The notes beneath the pieces were generated by a model. That model was not told the origin of the DNA. It searched no databases and saw only the letters and a list, made by a program, of their open reading frames with translations. Shown one piece after another: positions 31,304-46,566 of a stretch of 64,000 nt of DNA. The stretch's first letter is position 1. Every line of letters starts with the position of its first letter. Origin of the DNA: the human T2T-CHM13v2.0 reference genome, Homo sapiens; assembly GCF_009914755.1 (NCBI RefSeq), contig NC_060941.1; one strand, given 5' to 3'. The translations under genes and the position numbers were made by a program.

Positions 31304-33754
31304 TAAAGGATGCACAACCATCTGTAACCTGCACAAACCACCCTGTGAGAGAGATGTGACAATCACTCCCATGTTACAGATGAAGAAGACGCAGCTTTGA
31401 GCCCAGAGGTAACTAGCTGAAGGTCACGTGGGAAGACAGTCAACCAGCTGCAGTGCAAACGCACCTGCTTCTGCCTCCAAACCCCTTCCTGTGCCTTCCA
31501 TGCTGTCACTTGCTGGTGATTCCACAGGGCGCTCCTGGGATCTCATGTGTATTGTCATATCTGCAAATGAGCAACCGAGATCCCCAGAGGTTAAATTCCT
31601 GGTCCAATGCCCTTCCACTGGCAGGTGGCCACATCCCCTCCAAACTCAGTTTCCTCTGACCCCAGAACCCCGGCTCCCTCCTGCCTCAGTGACACCCTCC
31701 CACCATGGGACACGATGCCTTTGGGTCCTACTCTCTGTTTTCCTGTTTCCTTTGAGACCCTCTGTGCCCCCTGAATGAGGTCTTGATCATCAGGGACTCT
31801 GCCAGCTGGGGAGCTTTGTAAGGTGTAGTCACCCTGGGAGAGTCCTTGCTTGGGCCCACAGTCTTGGGGACTGAGGTCTGTGCAGTGACAATAGAGGATT
31901 GTTAAATAAGGAGTCACAATCCTCCGGCACATTGTCCAACCGTGGCCTTTTCCTCTGACACGTAAACTCTCATTGAACCCATTTCACAGGTGAAACAGCT
32001 GATGCCTGAGTTGGGCCCTTTCCCTTTCATCAAGGGGCTGGAGCAGCTGAGACCAAGTCCCTGACATGGCCCCCTGGGCCTGGCTGGCTCTGTCTCTAGT
32101 AGAATAAGAGGTGAGATCAGGGACAGAGAAAGAGGGAGCAGGAAGCAGAGCTCAAAAGCAGAGCTGGCCTCAGGGTTGCAGAGCCTATGTGTGTTTGCAG
32201 GGTCTGGCGCAGGGAACAGAGAGATGGATTGGTGCTTCTGGTCCCCATCCCTCGGCTCCCAGAGACAGGCTGGGGTTCACCCTGAAGTGCTGGATCCTAA
32301 TGGATGTCCCGCTGTGGGCCTGAGCTGGCCGCTGATCAGCTTCCTGCCGCACTTTGCTACCTTCCCAGTAGGACTGTCACTAGGCCCAGGGGTGATGGAA
32401 CAGCTGAGGGACAAACTGGGGACCCGGCAGCAGAAAGGGGAGCAGTAAATCTCAGGGCTTTCAGCACTGCCAGTTGGTGGAGCGGTGTTAGAACCCCTCT
32501 GGCCTTATACAACCAAGTGCTTATTTTCCCCAGAGGGAAGCGGGTGGTGGGGAAGGAATAGAGGGGAAGAGACAGAAGGACAGGAAACTCACTAGAGAAG
32601 ACAGAGACAGAGCAGGGAGTGGAGGAAGGAGCCCAGGGAGACAGGCTGAGTCTGAAGTTGCAGATCCTGACCGGGCTGCTCTGGAGTGGCAGCCAGCCTC
32701 AAGGGCCTCCATTTCCATGGGGGAAGAATTTGGACTCTGCTTCATGGGGAGCAGGCCTCTGTCTCTTTTGGGGATGGAGAGGGGGCAGTTAGAGCTTCCC
32801 CAGGCCAGGGGCCCTCCCCTTCTCCCACCCCACATCCAGGGAGTCTCATGCTTCACCCCAGCCCCTCTACTCTCTGACTCCTGACCTGGGAGAAGCTGCT
32901 GGTTCCTGGAACACGATTCCCAGGTCAGTGAACTGCCAGGCTTCAGCCTTAGAAGGAATCATGCCTCTGTCTCACAGATGGGGAAACCGAGGTGCTGGCA
33001 GGGGCTTTGGCTCAGATTTGTGTAGATGAGGCTGGGCTCCTCTCCTTCTGCCACAGTGCAATGAACAGTGGCACAGCCCTAGCCCACTGATGCCAAATCC
33101 TGGCCGGTTTTTGGTTTTCTGATTAATCCTGGGAGGAGGGGAGACAGACCCAGGCCCCCTTTTCACTCCCAGCACCAGATAGATGATTCTCTGGGGAGAA
33201 GTGAGGCTTAGAGGCAACGAGGGAGCGGGGGAAGGGCAGGAAGCATCTATCAGGGGCCTCATGGGGGTGGGTATTTTATATCTGCTGTTCTTTTGACTCA
33301 TTACCATCTGTGGGGCAGAAATTATGACTCTGATTTTACACGTGAGGAAAGCCAGACTCAGGTTAATTAAATTGTCTAGGGTCACTCAGCTGGTGAGTGG
33401 AGGAAACCAGGATTCGAATCCAGGTCTGGCCCCAAAGTCTGGGCTCTTTCCAAACTGCCATGTGCATGGGGTGATGGATGGACATGGAAGGAGAGCGGCT
33501 GTCATGCTCTGTTCCCCCAACCCCTCAAAGTAGGCTGGAGAGAGGAGCACAGGCAGCCGGTGAGGAGATTGTGGGGCTCACTGGGACGGGATGGGCAGAC
33601 ACTGCTTGTTGTCAGACCTGGCGAATCTTGCCTGGAATCTTGGCTTTGCCACTCTGCATCTGCGTGGCGCCAGGCAAGTCCCTTCTCTTCTCTTTGCATA
33701 ATAAAGCAAGCGGCTTCGAGGTGTCTCCCTGATGTTTCATGAGTGAATGAATGA

Positions 33755-34088
<334 letters not shown>

Positions 34089-35324
34089 AGAAGCCCACCT
34101 ATTCTAACTAGAGTCAAAGGCTGGAGTGCCAACGGTGCCTCAGGACAGGTCCTGCGGAGATGAGCCCCTGAACCTCTGCTTCTCTCAACCCACTTAAATG
34201 AAGCCCCAGTCTTCCCCAGACACCACGTGGAGGCCGAGAAACCCACTGATAGATGGTGGGTGGGGGTGGACATACTGGTGGCCCCAGTTGGCTTCCTGTC
34301 ACACCAGGGCATCCCCTCCCATATGAAGTCACCGTGAGATCTCTCTATCCCAGCTAGGTTAGTTGCTCTTAATTAAACCAATTGTTGGACTTAATACCCA
34401 TCCCATTAACATGTCTCCCAGATCTATTAATTATGACCAGTGGAGGAAGGGCACGGGAGCTTTGGGTGGGGATGCAGGGGTTTGAAAACCAAGCCAATCT
34501 GCCTCACAGAGAAGGGGCAAGTTCATTCCTGGATATGAGGGCAATCTGGCTGCAACATTTGTCACCCCGTTGATCACCAGGATTGATTTGGGTGATCTGG
34601 CTGGCTAGGCGGGTGTCCCCGTCCTCCCTCACTGCTCCATGTGTGTCCCTGCTGAAGCTGCACACTTGGAGAGGATGACCTTCCCTGATAGAGGAGGACT
34701 GTTCTTTGGTCAAGGGTATACCAGGAGCTCGACTCGCCTGCTGGAACCTCCGAACAACCTCTCAGGTTCACTCCTTGTTTCCTCCTGGGAGTCTTGGAAA
34801 CATTCATTACAGCCTCAGAATTCCTGGAAGCCTGCTGTGTCTGCATCCCATGGGGTCTAACTGAGGCCCTCTGGCCACCATGACCCTTGGGACCCCTTTC
34901 CCATTTAGCTTTCTCAGAGCCACTGGGGCAGGGACAGGGGAGGTGGAGGTGACTGTCATTGGTGCAAGGTAGGGGCCAAGAACTCATCCGTGGGGTCAGA
35001 ACGGAGGCTGAGTGGGAATGAGGATTACAGATGGAGAGCTGGAGTTACCCCAGCTCCACCCACACACACCTGTGTTCAGAATGTTCCCTCTGCAGCTCTT
35101 TGGGACCAGGTAGGGCTCCCTAAATCCCTCTGTACTCTGATCAGGCCTTCCTGGATGGTGGGTGGACTTAGAGGCAGATGCTGGACCTACGCAGGGATGC
35201 TCAGACTATTAGTAGGCCCTCCCCTTGTGCCTTCTCCTTCCTCCTTCCCTCCCAACTGGGCCCTCCCCGCTGCCCCCAGTGTCAGGGGCCAGCCAGGGCA
35301 GGAAGGGAACTAGGGTGGGGCCCT

Positions 35325-35705
35325 CAGAGGTGCATAAATCATTATTGGCGAAGACCTCAGCCCTGAGCCGCCGGGTGGAGGCTGCTGCTCATGGTTCAGG
35401 CCAGGGCATAAATCATAATTCCCCTACAATAGATCCTTTTGCAGCCGCCATCAGGAAAACTGTGTTGGTTTTATCGATTTTTTGACACAGGGGCCTAGGC
35501 AGCGGGCGGCTCCTGAATCATTATGAAATGAAACTGATTAGGAATTCATGGAATACTAAATAAACTTTACGAGCCCGTTGTAAGTTTTTTGATGCATGGG
35601 GAGCGGAAAATGAAAACTAATGATATAAAAATTACACAGCGTGCTGAGTATTATTATACTGCTATTGATTTGCTTCAAACTGTACATCAAAATCGAAGAG
35701 GGCTG
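35325..35705. promoter_or_regulatory. Candidate PBX-HOX/HOX13 enhancer
   Basis: GCATAAATCAT twice (35332, 35406), TTTACGAG at 35566, TGACA; TE-free with retained CpGs. Confidence 0.6.
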
Positions 35706-35900
35706 GGGCAGTGCCTGCAGCGAGGCTGGGGATATTTGGGCTCACCAGGGCTGGAGGGCTTTTTTTTTTCCCTTTTCTATTTTTATTTATTTATTTTCTT
35801 TCTCTTTCCTCCAGCCTCCTGCTCTGTAATCTGACATCCTTTTCCCCACCTCTTCCAGCGAAGGCCCCGGGGATCCGCCTCTTCATCCACTCACAGGTCA

Positions 35901-36667
<767 letters not shown>

Positions 36668-36718
36668 TTATCCCATTGGGTTGTCAGAGGTGGCCTTAAA
36701 GCTGTGAGTATTGCCTTC

Positions 36719-37120
36719 TATATTAGTCAGCTTTTGCTAGTTTATGGTGTAGTAATGAACAATCCCAAAATCTCAATGGCTTATAGCAACATAAGTTTTT
36801 TTTTTTTTGTTCATCATACATATCTGCTGCAGGTTGTTTGTGACTCTGTTCCATGTGTCTTCATTCTGGGGCTCGGGCTGAAAAAGCAGCTTCAATCTGG
36901 TGGCAGAGGGGAAGAGCAAGAAAGATGGTGGAAACGTGAGGTCCAAAGGCCTTAGCTTGGGCATGGTCTATGTCCCTCCTGTTCCTATTCCATTTGCTGA
37001 AAGGAGTCTTATCGCCAAGTCCAACAGTAGGATGGGAAGTACAATTCTCCCACAAGGATGGGTACCAGGGAGAGGCCCTGTAGGGATGGGTTGGGAGAGA
37101 AGGGAGTGGATTTTTTAACA
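36719..37120 (-). mobile_element. Old MLT1 (J/K-like) LTR fragment
   Basis: tattagtcag...gtagtaatgaacaatcccaaaatctcaatggcttatagcaaca resembles a reverse MLT1 3' end. Confidence 0.6.
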
Positions 37121-40100
37121 CGTCATACCACACCCTTCTGGGCTTGGTCTTGGGTCCAAGCTGCCCTGGAATTTGGAGTTCGGGGTCTTGTACTTCCACT
37201 CGACACATCCCTGTGTCTCCATAGCAACTGTTTACTGACCCCTTCCTCTACTCCCTCTGAGACCCTGGCCATCCTCCTGGGGTCTTCAGTGGGCAAAGCT
37301 TCGGCCCTCTGGCTCGAAGCGTCTCTGTTTCTTGCATTTCTGCCTGCATGCTGGGGAGGCCTGGAAACACTCACCCTGGTTCCTCAATAGAACTGCTGTG
37401 ACAATTAGAATTCTTTTGTCAAACTGTTCTTTATCTAAATTCAGAGAGTAAATTTAGATTTTGCGTATTGGATTTTCTTAAAGTGGAATGCGTTCGGTAC
37501 CTTTCTTTTTAGCAAGTGTTTTACTTTTTCACAAGAGATGGTTCACACCAGTTATGTCTTTTGCTGGTATTCTTTTTTTATCAGATTCAATTTCAGATCA
37601 GCCTGAGTCCCAGAAAGGTTGATGTCTTCCCCTGGACACACAGCATGGCATTCCCAGAGCCATGTTGCTGCCCAGATCTGGACATGCCAGGGCAGCCTCC
37701 TCTGGAAGCCCATTTACGCTTGAAGTCCAGGGACCACTTGTGGGGGACCCACTTGCTCTTACTGGGGTCTGGGAGATGTCAGGGACGTCAGTGGCACAAG
37801 CTTGACCCAAGGGGACTTCAGTATCTCTCTGAGGACATAGAAACACACTCACACTGACACTCACATACTCTGCATACAAATCTTTTCAGAACCAGACAAA
37901 GTGGATAACACAATGATCCAGAAGGGAAGCAGAGTGCAAGTCTTAAGGTTTGAGTTCAAATTTCAGTCCTGCCCCTAACTGGCTGTGTGGTCTTGCATAA
38001 GCTACTTCTTTTATCTGGGACTCCATTTTCTTCCACCGTCAAAGATGAATTTAAACTCAATCTACCTGGGATTGGAGTGGGCAGGGGTGAACACACTGGC
38101 ACAATTCCCACCAGATGTTGAGGCCTATACAGTCCTAACTCTTTTCAGTTTGGAGAAAGATGCTGATGGAAACCCAAACTCAAACTGGCTTAAGCCAAAA
38201 GGAGAAGTTATTGAAGGGGCTCTAAGTCACATCTGGAACTTTGGAGACAGCTGAGATAAAGCCCAAAGCTGGGGGTGAGGGACCACATGTCAGGGGAGCT
38301 TGGAGACAGCCATGTAGCCTCGAGGCTGCCCTAGGCGAAGGGAAAGAGTGTCCACTCCACTGTCGGCATCCCATTTCTGCAAAAGCCTGGCTGGTGAAGT
38401 TTCAACCAGGTGACCCATGAGCAAAACTGGTTTCTGAAGGTACAGACGTGGGTTCACAGCCAGTTCCACCCTTTCGCAGCTGTGTGACCATGAGCCAGTC
38501 CCCCACTGTTTCTGAGCAGAGTTTCTGAGGGTCGAGTGTGAAAATGTAAGTGCTGGCTCCACCCCGGCTTCCAGAGAGCGCTCAGGCAAGACTCACATGC
38601 CCTGGGGCTAGAACCTACCCTGGCATGCAAAGCTTATCCCCTGAACCAACATGTTGGCTTGTGTCTTCCCCTCTAGTCTTTGATCAAGGGCAGGGCCACG
38701 TCATATTTGCGGTTGTTCCCAGTCTTGGCACTGTGCCTGCTGCGTGGCCGTATAATCCACGAATGGCTGTGGAATGGAGCTACAGGGAGCGGCAGATGGG
38801 ATCCTTCACACAGCATGTCTGCCCACGTAGGACCTGAGCATAGCTGGGCCCCTTCAGCCTCTGTCCTACCCCTGCGCCCACCCTATAGCCATGCAGCACA
38901 CACACGGCCAGTTCCCAACGTGTGGGTGAACATTGCGGGTTTCACTGAAGTTTTTGTGGGAAACCAGGGGAGCAGATGGCATCATACAGCACACTCCAGC
39001 CTAATCACAGCAGCCCTGGGTTTCTCCCTTCTCTCCTTCGTCATCTCTCTTCCAGGCAGTGCTCTTCCCCTCCTCTCCAATCCCAGTTTCTTTAACAAAA
39101 CCAAATCCTCATTTTACATCCCCAATGAAGCAAAACAAAGCCGGATAGGACACAGACCACAGGGCTCCTGCTCCACCGGTATCTCATTCAACCTCCTTTA
39201 TCCCCATCTTTTTATTATGGCCAACCATTTTATCCTCACGCAGGCCTCTGTGCCCTGCACACACAACAGCTTCCTCAAGCTGCCCTCCATGTGGGTGCTG
39301 TGAGGCTCCGAGAGGAGACAGGACTTGCCCCATGCCACCCAGCCCCTGGGCAGGGCTCCTCCCTGCCTTGCCCCCAGAGGGCCTAGGTTAGGTCCCCTCC
39401 CCAAGCCCATTTGTCCCTGTGGTTGGGCATGGGGCAGGATGACACCTGGCTGGCTGATTCTCCTCGTAGAGTTTAGGGTGCTACACACACTGAATTCAGA
39501 TGTGGCTCTGAGCAGGCCGTTCATTCATTCCTGACCATATTGACTACAGAATTGAGTGCTACAAGCAAGGAGTTTAGCTCTTATTCTCCTACTGATTTGA
39601 TTTAATGTTTGGTTTATTCCTGTCCCTTTCTCCCCCGCTCTCCTCATCAGTTTGACATTTGCATAGTGTTTCCCTGCAGTTTTGTCGAACACCCATGGGG
39701 GTTTTGCTGGCAACTCCCTGCTTTGGCTTGAATGGTTTTCTTTGGGGGAGTTTTGAACTCACTGAGGCATCTTCTTCCTCCCTCACCCTGGAGTTTGTGT
39801 TCTTCCTCCTACTGGGGAGAGGGCTACATAAATAATGAGACTTCCCTGGCTCTCGCCACCCGCTGCCTGAGCCTGTGGGATTCCTGTTGCCATGTGGCCT
39901 TCAATTATTCCCAAGTGTCCCGGGTGGGTGGGGGCCTCAGGTGCCCATGAATAAGTCTGCCCCTGCAGGTGGGTAACCTCAGCCTGCCCACCAAGCACCT
40001 CTGCCAACGGTTTGGAATCCTGAGGTGCTGGCGCTGCTCAGCCGTGAAGCTTAGAGGCACCCCTGGCAGGCTGTCCAGGCCTCAGGGCTTGCGGACACCT

Positions 40101-40597
40101 GGTTGTCTTAGTGTGATGTCCCCCAGAATCAGACCTGTTATAAGGATTCAAGGGAGGTGGTTTATTTGGGAGTTGAAAGAAAGTCCAGGAAGGAATGGGA
40201 AGTGAGACCGGGAAGGTTACCACTGTGAGTTGTTGAGCTCAATCCTGCCCCAGTTCTCCAGGTTACTCAACATGCCTGAACCCCCCGGGGTGAGAGAGGA
40301 TCAAGTTAGGACCCCTCCTCCTATTATAAGGCTGCTGAGCCAACAGAGGCAGGGCTCGGTGGGGACAGGGAGAGAAATCTGCAGATTCCTGAGTCCTGAC
40401 TCCTGCACCTGGACCTCTTTCTCCAGCTTGCTCTAGAGTGGAGCTAGAACCGGTGGGATGAAGTTTCAGGGTGCAGCTAGATGCTGGAGAGGAAGCCTGC
40501 ACACAGGCAAATGCACCAACAGAACTGGCAGGAGATGGTCCAGTGATTAAAGTGATCAGGCAGAGGTTGAATCATTGCCTGTCCAGGGACGCTGTAG

Positions 40598-41032
<435 letters not shown>

Positions 41033-41369
41033 TAGCACTGTGCTTGGCTCCTGGTTGTAAAACCTAAAATAACAGGAAAAATAGCCACCATTGACAGCCA
41101 CCTACTGTATTTTTTGTAAAGAATCCTGACAACAATTGCTCATGGCAGGTACTATAATCTCCACTTTACAGATGAGAAAACTGAGGTTCGGTGGGGTTGA
41201 ATGACTTGCCCCCGGTCATACACTTCCTAAGCAGCAAAGCCAGGGTTGGGACTCAGGTTTGTCTGCCTTCCCGGATCCCTGATTTTTCTCCTCCTTGTGG
41301 CATGTCACTGCATCGGGACGGTGGTTGCACTACGGATGTCCCTGGAAGGCCCTCTTGATTCTGAGGTTC

Positions 41370-41860
41370 TGTCTTATTAGCTGCACCTCCCTCCACCCCC
41401 GGCCAACCGCAAAGAAAAGGAAAAGTCCTTTCCTCCTCCTCAGGTGGCTCGTGGTGGATTACTTAGCGCTTGACACGGCGTGTCTCTGTGTCACTGTTCC
41501 TGGGCGGAATTAAATCAGGGCAGGAAAATATTAATTTGGAGTTGGGGATGGAGGCCGCTCCTTTCCAATTATTCTCCACCCCATCAGGCTTATCCTGGCG
41601 CAAACAAGGAAGGAGGCTGGATTAATTGCTTTGGACTCTGCCCCACTCCGGTCCCAATTACTGGGCCGGCTTGGCTCCCAGCATTATGAAGCACACTGCT
41701 GTGCAGGAAATTGTGTGAAATTTTAACGGATTTTCAGATGCAATAATGGAGCACAGGATTCAAGGCCAGTATTCATGGGGCAGCCGGGCCCTCTATGCCT
41801 CGGCTGAGGTTAAGCTGTTTGGGGTTTCTTTGTATATTAAAGGATCATCTGGTTAACCCC
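41370..41860. promoter_or_regulatory. Candidate enhancer / conserved non-coding-like block
   Basis: TE-free; repeated AATTA/TTAATT/GGATTA cores, TGACA/TGTCA, retained CpGs. Confidence 0.5.
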
Positions 41861-43447
41861 AAAACCCAGGGCCGCCAGAACTGTTCAGACTCTGACCCCA
41901 CAGAGGCAGGGTGGGCTCCTGGAGCGCAAGGAAACCCACTGCCTTCATGATAATAACAACACCATTTTTTGAGCCTCCGCAACGTCCCAGGTACTTACCC
42001 CAAACATCTTTAAGCCTGAGCCTTTGAAGTTCTTCTTATTTTTATCCCCCTATCTTATAAGGGAAGAAAAGGGGACTCAAAGAGGTTAAGTGATTTGCAT
42101 AAGGTTTTCTGGCCACACCGCGGTGAAGCCAAAATTGGAACCCAGGTCTGTCTCCAAAGCGACCCTATTTTCTATATCACTCTGCCTCCTCCCTCATCTT
42201 CTATTTCTTCTTCTTAAGGATGCATTATCACAAATGTGGCTTCCCTACCACACCGGATATCTAGAGTAGAGTCCTTTCTTGTTCTGTCTCTGCATCTTCA
42301 GCCACTATCAGGGTACCCAGCACCAACAGGGGCCCAGGAGAAGTTTGTTGAACTGCAGTCAACCTGACCCAGTTGGGCATGACCCAGCCCCTGGACTCCA
42401 GGATTTATAAATGGAATGAGGGGGTGGGCTACTGCAACCCACAGACATCTCTGGGTCCTTGAGGTGAACCCCATTTGAGCCATATGGAACCGACAGAGAG
42501 GGTGAGGAGGGGGATCACGTCCCCAGCCTAACTGTGTAACAGGGGCTGTCCGGATGCTCCCCATATATCGTCTCTGTCAATCTTCACCATGACCCTAAGA
42601 GATGGCCAGTTATTAGGAAGTAGGTGTCTAAGAGGGGAAATCTGTCCTATTGTCAAAGGCAAGAGGTAGCTGGTGGCTTGGTCAGCAGTGGGGACTTTGA
42701 TCTCTGCATGGCCAGCTCTGGAGGCTATGGCATTGTAAAAATGCATTGAGAGAATCCCATAAAATCTGCCCAGCAGAGGCAGCGGCTGGAGAGGAGGCAA
42801 TAACCATGGAATATGGAGTGGAGTGGCCAGTGATAACGGAATATGAGAACCCCTGCCTTGGGGGCTAGGCATGACTGGGACACATTAGGCTGCTAGGGAT
42901 GTATCTGGGGAGAGTGGTTGGATTTGCATTCTGGCCTCACTTTAACAACTGGAAGAAAATTCCTTGGAGGGAATTACAGTATGGCTTCTTGGCCCCCACC
43001 TTGAGGCATGACACGGGGGGTCTATGAAGGCTGCAGAGGAGCAGGAGGATAGGGATAGAGCTGGCAAGAGGGGTGACTGACTTGGGGGAGGGGGCAGTGA
43101 GAGGGAGTTTGGGGAAGTGAGTGCTATGTAGCTCACGAATTTTAGACTCTGGTGGGGCCACTACATGGAAAGAGAACCAGGTGTTCATGGTGGGCCCAAA
43201 GACAAGGACACTGGAGGCAATGAGGGCGGAGGAATGCAGGTGAGGCGCACAGTGACCATCATTAGCTGTCCAGTTCCTACCCGCCCCTTTCAGCAAAAGG
43301 AGAATTAATTATGTGCAGGGGATGCCCCCTTAATGGCCATCGTTTAGTTTAATTTAAGAAACAGATCCCTCCTCACACCCCCCTCGGTCAGCAGCACCAC
43401 CATTGGCAGCTGCATTGATTAATGGCCTCCTCTTGGATACAGGGGAG

Positions 43448-43612
43448 CAGTGGTTCTGAAACTGGAGCGCGCCTGAGAAACGCCTCAAGGATTCCTTTAC
43501 ACACGGATTGCAAGAATCCATCCCTGGGTGGTGTCTGATAATTTGGATTTCTGACAGGTTCCCAGGTGATCTTGATGCTAGTGGTTCCGGGAACACACTT
43601 TGGAAATCACTG
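43448..43612. mobile_element. MER5A-like hAT MITE
   Basis: TIR-like ends CAGTGGTTCT...AAATCACTG; internal ttcccaggtgat...gatgct. Confidence 0.75.
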
Positions 43613-45069
43613 TAGTAGAGACAGGATTTCCTGTAGTCTCCCCACCCTCAGGACTCGGGAACTCTGCCCTTCACTGCCCCCTGTCTCAAGGGTCCTCTAA
43701 TCCAATAGGGGCGGGCATAGCCATCTCTGCCACTTTACTACCCACAAGTGCACTCATCTCTCCAATGGTGTGTAAGACATGTGCATTCTCTGAGCATCAT
43801 GGTGATCCCACCCCTGGGCATTTCTATTCCAAAGAGAGATGGATAAGTGCCAAGGACCCAATTCCTGGACCCCTCTGTCTAGATGCAGTCCCTCCTGAAC
43901 TGGATCCTGGGGGACCCACCCGGTGCACCCTCAGCACCAAGCCAACCCAGAGGTGTCCCAGGAGGCTGGTCCCCTATTCTGCAGGGCCTCTGCTCCTATG
44001 CACCAGGTGAGAGAGGTCAGACAGCTAGCATCTCTGGCAGCCTGGCAGTTGCAGGAGGGGGCCCACAATTACAGACCTAATTGTGTGACCACAGGCAGGT
44101 CCCGCCCCCCATTGATTTGGAGCTGGCACTGCGGGCTTTGCCAGGGCTACCATCCAGAGAGCCTGTTTGCACCTGTGTCAAGGCGAGCTCAGGAAACCTA
44201 ATTAGCTAGTTTGGTGTTTTATAATTAGGTCCTTTAAAAGAATCCATAGGTGGTGATAATAAGCCCATTTAGAAATCTATTAAGCTTTGGGGGAAGTTGA
44301 ATAGAAACCTTGTAACTATGTGCACACTTGCTTTCTCTTTCCCCTCAGTGTCTCCTTTCTCCACTTTTTTCTCTTCTCTCGAGTCCTTCCTCCTGCTCTC
44401 TTTCCCACTCTGTATCGCTGGAGTTACTGACTCCTGCACCCATGCTAAATGCAATCCTCTTTTATTGCTTAGGAAGTCTTGCACACATACTGAAGCATTT
44501 AATCCTCCTCACAACCGTCAGAGGTGAGTACTTTCCTGATACCCACTTTATAGATGAGGAAACTGGAGTGCAAAGAGGTCAAGACACCCATCTGAAGCGA
44601 CATGTCCTTAAGTCGCTGAGCCAGAAATGGAACCTGGTCAGTCCGGCCTTACCCTCTCAGCAAAACTCACTTTGCTCAGCCTACATTGCCCTACTCACCC
44701 ACAGCCCAGTGCTCCTGGCTCCAGTGCTCCTACCAAGCTGGCTGAGTTGACATTTTACACATCAAATTCCTGTTTTCTCAGAGACCTTGTGCCAGGGCTT
44801 CAGCGCTAACTTCAGATGGGTCTGTAATGAACAATGGCTTCTAATAAGTTTTGCTTCTCTGGCAACTCTTCCCACCTGGATTTCTGACAAGGTAGTATGG
44901 TAGAAGAGCAGGCTGGATGCTCCCCTCCCTCTCTTCCTCCTTCCTCCCACCCTTCCCCCCACTCCCTCCCTCTCTGAACTGGGGCTGAGAAGCCACAGAT
45001 GAAGTCAATCAGTTTCTAACTGAAGGGCTCAGGGGATCCCCAGATGCTTCCAGATCTACATTAGGGACC

Positions 45070-45300
45070 CTAGCCCTCTCTTATCACCCCGTTTATTTCC
45101 TTCTAAGCACTTATAACATGACATTCTCTCAAAGATTTGTTCACTTATTCATTCACTTGTTTATTACCTATCTCTCCCCATGAGAATGCAAGCGCTGTGA
45201 GGGCAAGGACTTTATTTATATATATCTGATTCCCTGGAGCCTGCATTGGTTCCTAGCACAGAACAGGACTCAATAAATAGTGTTGAATAAGCAAATGTGT
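45070..45300 (+). mobile_element. L2 3' end
   Basis: agaatgcaagcgctgtgagggcaaggact...cctagcacag...ctcaataaatagtgttgaat. Confidence 0.75.
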
Positions 45301-45540
45301 TGAACCTGATACTCAGTTTCCTTATCTATAAAATGGGATAATAATATCTGCTCTGCAGGGTCATAAAGAGCTTGGCACACAGCAGGTGACCCATAAATTA
45401 TGCTACCCTCACTCCACCCCCTGCAGACCCCATTAAATTAAGCACTGAAATGCCCAGAGAAGCTCTCCTACTTAAAAAAAGCCCTTGGATGAATCCTCTT
45501 TTTTAGAGGGCAAATAGCTTTTCTTTTTATTTCTTTATTT

Positions 45541-45703
<163 letters not shown>

Positions 45704-46265
45704 TAAAGCAAATGAGCCCTCCTAGATTTATCTGCTTTGGAAATTGGGTGCTTTTGTTTATATTGGTCTTCCCTAAAGTGGACTGACTGAGTGCATATAA
45801 CTATAGAAGTGTATATATTAGTGTCTTCCTACAATAGTTACTGATTATGCAGATTCTGAGAGCGTAAGTTCAAATTGTGCCACCTTGAAGCATAACAATG
45901 ACTGCAGAAACATGAAAGTCAGACATAGGGCTGCTGCTCTTTAGCACTGTTGGTAAAGAGCTTGCATTCTGATAGCTGTGTTTGGAGCTAGGCTCCTCCA
46001 CTTGCTAGTCGCAATGACCAGTGGCATGACTAGTTGCATGACTGAATCTCTCCAAGGCTGCATTTTTTCTTCTGTAGAATGGGGGACAGTGGGGTGGTAG
46101 TCATAATATTTGTGCCTATCTTATAGCATAACAACCCTATTAAATGAGGACATGAGATCATTCATTCAAAAAAAAGCTTATTGAACACCTACTATGTGCC
46201 AAGCACTGTTCTGAACTCTAGTAATTCAGCAGTAACACATTTGATGCTGCATAAAGCTTACATTC

Positions 46266-46566
46266 TTTTTTTTTTTTTTTTTTGAGACGGGGTTTCACTC
46301 TTTGTTGCTGAGGCTGGAGTGCAGTGGCATGATCTTGGCTCACTGCAACCTCCGCTTCCTGGGTACAAATGATTCTCCTGCCTCAGCCTCCTGAATAGAT
46401 GGGATTACAGGCATGCGCCACCACGCCTGGCTAATTTTGTATTTTTAGTAGAGACAGGGTTTCTCCGTGTTGGTCAGGCTGGTCTTGAACTCCCGACCTC
46501 AGGTGATCTGCCCGTCTTGGCCTCCCAAAGTGCTGGGATTACAGGCATAAGCCACCGTGCCCGGCC
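46266..46566 (-). mobile_element. AluSp-like inside an L2 fragment
   Basis: tttctcc...ttggtcaggctgg diagnostic; TSD gcttacattct on both sides. Confidence 0.95.

Noticed and set aside
37432-37459. Short inverted repeat ATCTAAATT...AATTTAGAT
   Set aside because: 9-bp AT-rich stem, too weak to call a structure.
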